A DNA stretch of 64,000 nt. Origin: Dendrobates tinctorius (lineage: Eukaryota). Of this stretch, positions 59,760 to 64,000 are shown piece by piece. Numbering within the stretch: the first letter of the stretch is position 1; every line of letters starts with the position of its first letter. The stretch is taken from NCBI RefSeq assembly GCF_039654945.1, contig NW_027361700.1, positions 8,618,001 through 8,682,000 of the forward strand, given 5' to 3'. The notes beneath the pieces were generated by a model, which saw nothing but the letters and a program-made list of their open reading frames with translations, was not told where the DNA came from and did not search any database. A program made the translations under genes and the position numbers.

Positions 59760-60927
59760 GAACCGGGGTGTGGAAAACCACACAAATCACGACTTCTAGA
59801 TCCAAATATTGCAACAAAGATAACTTTATTAAAGACCACAGACAGGAACAATGGGGGGGAGCATGTGCAGGGGACAATAAAGTGCAACAGTGCTGAAAGA
59901 CGCACCAAACCTGAAAAAAAATCGCACCAAACTCTATAAATAAATCAATTGCTGTAAACAGACAGTAAATGTAAATTTAAGTCATAGTGCCACATTGGTA
60001 TAATTCCTGGTAATGTTCATATATGCATTCTCAAACTTAATGCCCATGAGACAAACTCTAAAAAACTCAGCCCATAATACTGTCCCTTTTAAGGTATCCG
60101 TTAAAATTAAGGTAACCCCTCTGAGGATGATAAAGCAAATGCACATTATATTAATGCTAACCTAAATTATGGACAGGAAGGGTGATATAAAATCACCTAT
60201 CTCAGAATATGACCATCATGATATCCATTGTCCACATAGTATCGCAACGAAGTAGGACGAAGGAGCCTCGCTCCGAAACGCGTGTCGGGGAGACGCGCCG
60301 CCGGCCGGTCTGATCGCACCAGTGCCCATATAGGTAAAACGTCTATACCTTACTCTCCTTTTCCCCACATGGTAATGTTCTGCAGGAGCACACTAAGTAC
60401 TCTTATCTGTGGGGGTTGCGCATGTCTCATTTATAACTATATGCTCCCAACCATTATCCCTTGGCGATACTATGTGGACAATGGATATCATGATGGTCAT
60501 ATTCTGAGATAGGTGATTTTATATCACCCTTCCTGTCCCTAATTTAGGTTAGCATTAATATTATGTGCATTTGCTTTATCATCCTCAGAGGGGTTACCTT
60601 AATTTTAAGGGATACCTTAAAAGGGACAGACTAATGGGCTGAGTTTTTTAGCGTTTGTCTCATGGGCATTAAGTTTGAGAATGCATATATGAACATTACC
60701 GGCAATTATACCAATGTGGCACTATGACTTAAATTTACATTTACTGTCTGTTTACAGCAATTGATTTATTTATAAAGTTTGGTGCGTCTTTCAGCACTGT
60801 TGCACTTTATTGTCCCCTGCACATGCTCCCCCCCATTGTTCCTGTCTGTGGTCTTTAATAAAGTTATCTTTGTTGCAATATTTGGATCTAGAAGTCGTGA
60901 TTTGTGTGGTTTTCCACACCCTGGTTC
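59760..60927. repeat. Long inverted repeat (~480-bp arms, ~220-bp spacer), Penelope-like
   Basis: Arms 59760-60245 and 60464-60927 are nearly identical. The spacer contains GACGAAGGAGCCTCGCTCCGAAACGCGTGTC. Confidence 0.9.
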
Positions 60928-61673
60928 AAAGTTTCTTCATTTTAAAGAAGTTGTTGGACAACTCCTTGTCATAACCCATGCTTGGCCCTGATAAAATAAA
61001 AAAGCTTATACGGACCTTCCGTGCCGGTGCCATTCCAGCGGAGTTGGCATTCGCTCTCCCCGGGATTCTCATGCGGTTATGACATGTGAGCCTGGCACCC
61101 AATCAGAGCTGGCATCACTGGCCCCATCTTCTGCCGAACTGAACATAAACAGGAAGTCAGAGATCACCCGCAGCTCAGACTTCCTCTTCCTGTTCAATTC
61201 GACAAAAGGCGGGGACAGTGACGCCAGCGTTAACGCTGCATTTTTTCCACTGCCTTTTTGTATGCAGAAAATCTATTGCATTTAATAGTTCTAATCTTAG
61301 TAGATGTGAAACTCATGCCCATGGCGCATTAAAGACGCTGCAGTACATTACGTTTTTTTGGTGCATTTTTAGCTACCGGGAGACTGAAAAAATGCACATA
61401 AAAAAAATGAAAAATAAGAAAATGTAGAAAAATAGGGCTGTGGCAAATCTGCACCAAAATGCAGAAAAAAGCAAGAAAAATGAAATAACTAAAGAAAATT
61501 GTGGTGCAAGACAGGTGCAGAAAATAGGTAACATTTCTGCCTTGAAAACATGACCTAAGTAAAAAAAAAAAAATAGTGACTTGCGAAGGTGTACATATCA
61601 TTTTACATAACCTTGATTCATACCCCAGTTAAAATCACCTTTGGAAAAATATAAGAGGATTTGAGCAATTTAC

Positions 61674-61787
61674 CTGTTTGCGCACATATTCAACCATTAG
61701 CTCCAGTTGCCGGGGATCATCACACTTCATGTTGAAAAGATTACGCCAAATTGCAGAGGACAGGACACGATCATCAGATATAATCCC
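61674..61787 (-). CDS. UQCC1: UQCC1 penultimate coding exon (114 bp)
   Basis: TTTAG|GGG...CAG|GTAAAT boundaries; GIISDDRVLSSAIWRNLFNMKCDDPRQLELMVEYVRKQ (Cbp3/UQCC1 family, LA.A.WR..F motif region). Confidence 0.95.
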
Positions 61788-63701
61788 CTAAATCAGACAA
61801 AAAAAATATTAAAACTGCATTCATCAATAATGTTAATCAAGGATAATATCTGCAGAACCTACACCTACATTACCAACCATCCTACCTACAGAATTCAGCT
61901 GCACCTGATTTTATAAATCATATTTGTTATGAAAATTAATTCTGAAATATTAAAAAAAAAAAAATGGGGGGACTAATTAATGCTTCCTCAAAGGAGGAAA
62001 TAGAACACTCAAGTGTAAATGAGCTCAGTGCAGAAATACACATCAATATATAACGGGAAAATAAGGACAATCCAAGGGCAACTTAAATATATGAAAATCT
62101 ATTCAAACATCACTGACTTTCAAAATGCATGTCAGTGAGCTAAGCTAATAATTACGTAAAAATTGCCAATATATGTGCACGTTGTGCTCCAAAACAAAGT
62201 GCAATATGAAACAGTAAAACAGTCACATATAAAACAATCCAAGACTGCTATAATAGTAATCTGAAAACCTCAAAAAATGAGGGGAGGCATTTATTTGCCT
62301 TCAAGGGGTTAAATGACCAGAGTCCTCGTTTTTCAGCTATAAGCTGCGGCCACCGCCTTTCGGGGCTTATCTACAGCATTCTAGAATGTTGTAGATAAGC
62401 CTCTGATCCAACCAGAAAGATAAAAAAAGCAAGTTTTATTATACTCACCCGGGGGTGGTCCAGTCTGATGGGCGTCACAGGTCCGCTGCCTCCCATCTTC
62501 ATGTGATGTCGTCATCTTCTTTGCTTCGTGTCGCGGCTCCTGCGCAGGCGTACTGATTTGCCCTGTTGAGGGCAGAGCCAAGTACTGCAGTGCGCAGGGG
62601 CTGGGCCTCTCTGACCTTTCCAGGTGCCTGCGCACTGCAGTACTTTACTCTGCCCTCAACAGGGCAAATCAGTATCTCAGTATCATGTGCACTGAGAAAT
62701 CTGTAGTAGATCGCTATATACGAGTAGGCATGTCTCTGTCAGTGTGAATCCACAATGATGTACTGCAAAAAACGATAATCTTTCGTGCTGTGCAAAAGAT
62801 TATTTCACCTGATGAACGAGTTTCTTGCTTGTTCACAGGGCACCTGGCAGCCTGTTTACACGGAAAATAATTCTGCAATGCTCATTTTTAAGAATGTTCC
62901 TTTACGATTATCCATCAGTGTATAGTCAGCTTTAGAGCAGGGCCTTTTAAAGATTTTGTAGTGGAGATTCGGCCACACTTCCCTACCCCCACCCTGTTGC
63001 TGATTAGATGCCCTTTTGCCTGTGGGATTATCACATGTTCCTTTGTTCTGTTATAACCTCTTTAGTGCATACCATGGCATGGATAAGGGTTGTTGCTTGT
63101 ACGATCGCAATAATTGTCATATGCAGAATGGTGCCTCAATCCCCGGCATTCCATAATATACGTGTACTTCATGGCACGGCACACAATAGGGTTAATGATA
63201 AATATAGCATTATTTCGACAGCTCTTGGCGTTAGATCATACCTCATCATATCCAAATATGGATGCATAAAATATTTCTGTTAAAGCTTTTGTTGTGTTCT
63301 TCATTGTCACAGAATCAATCTGAAAAAAAAAAAATCATTTTATTATGCATGTAATGGAAAATCATCATAAACTCAGTGCTTGCGATTTTTAAACTGATAT
63401 ACGTTCAAAACTGGGTGTTTTCTTGACATCCTCCTGACTTGCAGCTGCTTTTCTTCTGCACCTAGGAAGGAGGGAGTGCTGATAGTTTTGTGTTATCAGA
63501 GTTTCGATGCGGTTTTATTCTAGATGTGCTTAGAAGGTGATAAACTTCCTCAGGAGACCACAACAGAAAAGATCAGAGCGGGCCACAGGCCGGAGGTTCC
63601 TCACCCCTGCTTTAACAAATAATATATATCAAATAAGACACATTGGGGCCGCGGCATATACATCACATAGTAGGCACTATAAATGTGCCCCTGCTAAGTA
63701 C

Positions 63702-63994
63702 TGTGTAATGGCCGTGTCTGACCGAACAGGGACATGGTCTGATCATACCGCAGCTCCTGGGCATGGGAGGAAGCAAAAGAGAGGATACAGACAGACTAGC
63801 AAGAAATCACAAATGATTCTTTCTTTGAGGTAAAATGTTGTTTATAAACAGGCAAGGGAAATGTTTTACCTCACAGAAAGAATCCGCTGTGATCCCCTGC
63901 TATAATGTCTATATTCTCTTTTGCTTCCTCCCCTGCCCAGGAGCTGTAGTATGATCAGACCATGTCCCTGTATGGTCAGACACGACCATTACAC
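63702..63994. mobile_element. Palindromic MITE (may extend beyond the window)
   Basis: Arms TGTAATGGCCGTGTCTGACC... / ...GGTCAGACACGACCATTACA around a centre near 63850. Confidence 0.7.
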
Positions 63995-64000
63995 ATGGGC

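Overview
This is a vertebrate window, most likely an anuran frog (inferred from the repeat families and the protein sequence), and it is dominated by nested transposable elements. The only host gene I can support is UQCC1: its last two coding exons lie on the minus strand (61674-61787 and 45018-45152), separated by a 16.5-kb TE-filled intron. The most unusual object is a 10-kb hAT element (4395-14423) with a perfect 8-bp TSD and an uninterrupted 1177-aa BED-finger/DDE transposase. It also carries a duplicated left end enclosing a piece of CR1, two unrelated tandem arrays that both have a 130-bp period, a 3' hairpin, an internal re-copy of part of its own ORF, and a ~480-bp diverged antisense fragment of 18S rRNA. 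Other elements: a 7.3-kb two-gene PIF/Harbinger element disrupted by a solo LTR, an intact DD34E Tc1, several decayed Tc1 copies, CR1 and L2 LINE fragments, an internally deleted DIRS element, a 2.5-kb minisatellite-rich solo LTR, many palindromic MITEs, Penelope-like fragments with hammerhead-ribozyme-like cores, and a 171-nt assembly gap. All family assignments come from motif recognition by eye; no database search was run.
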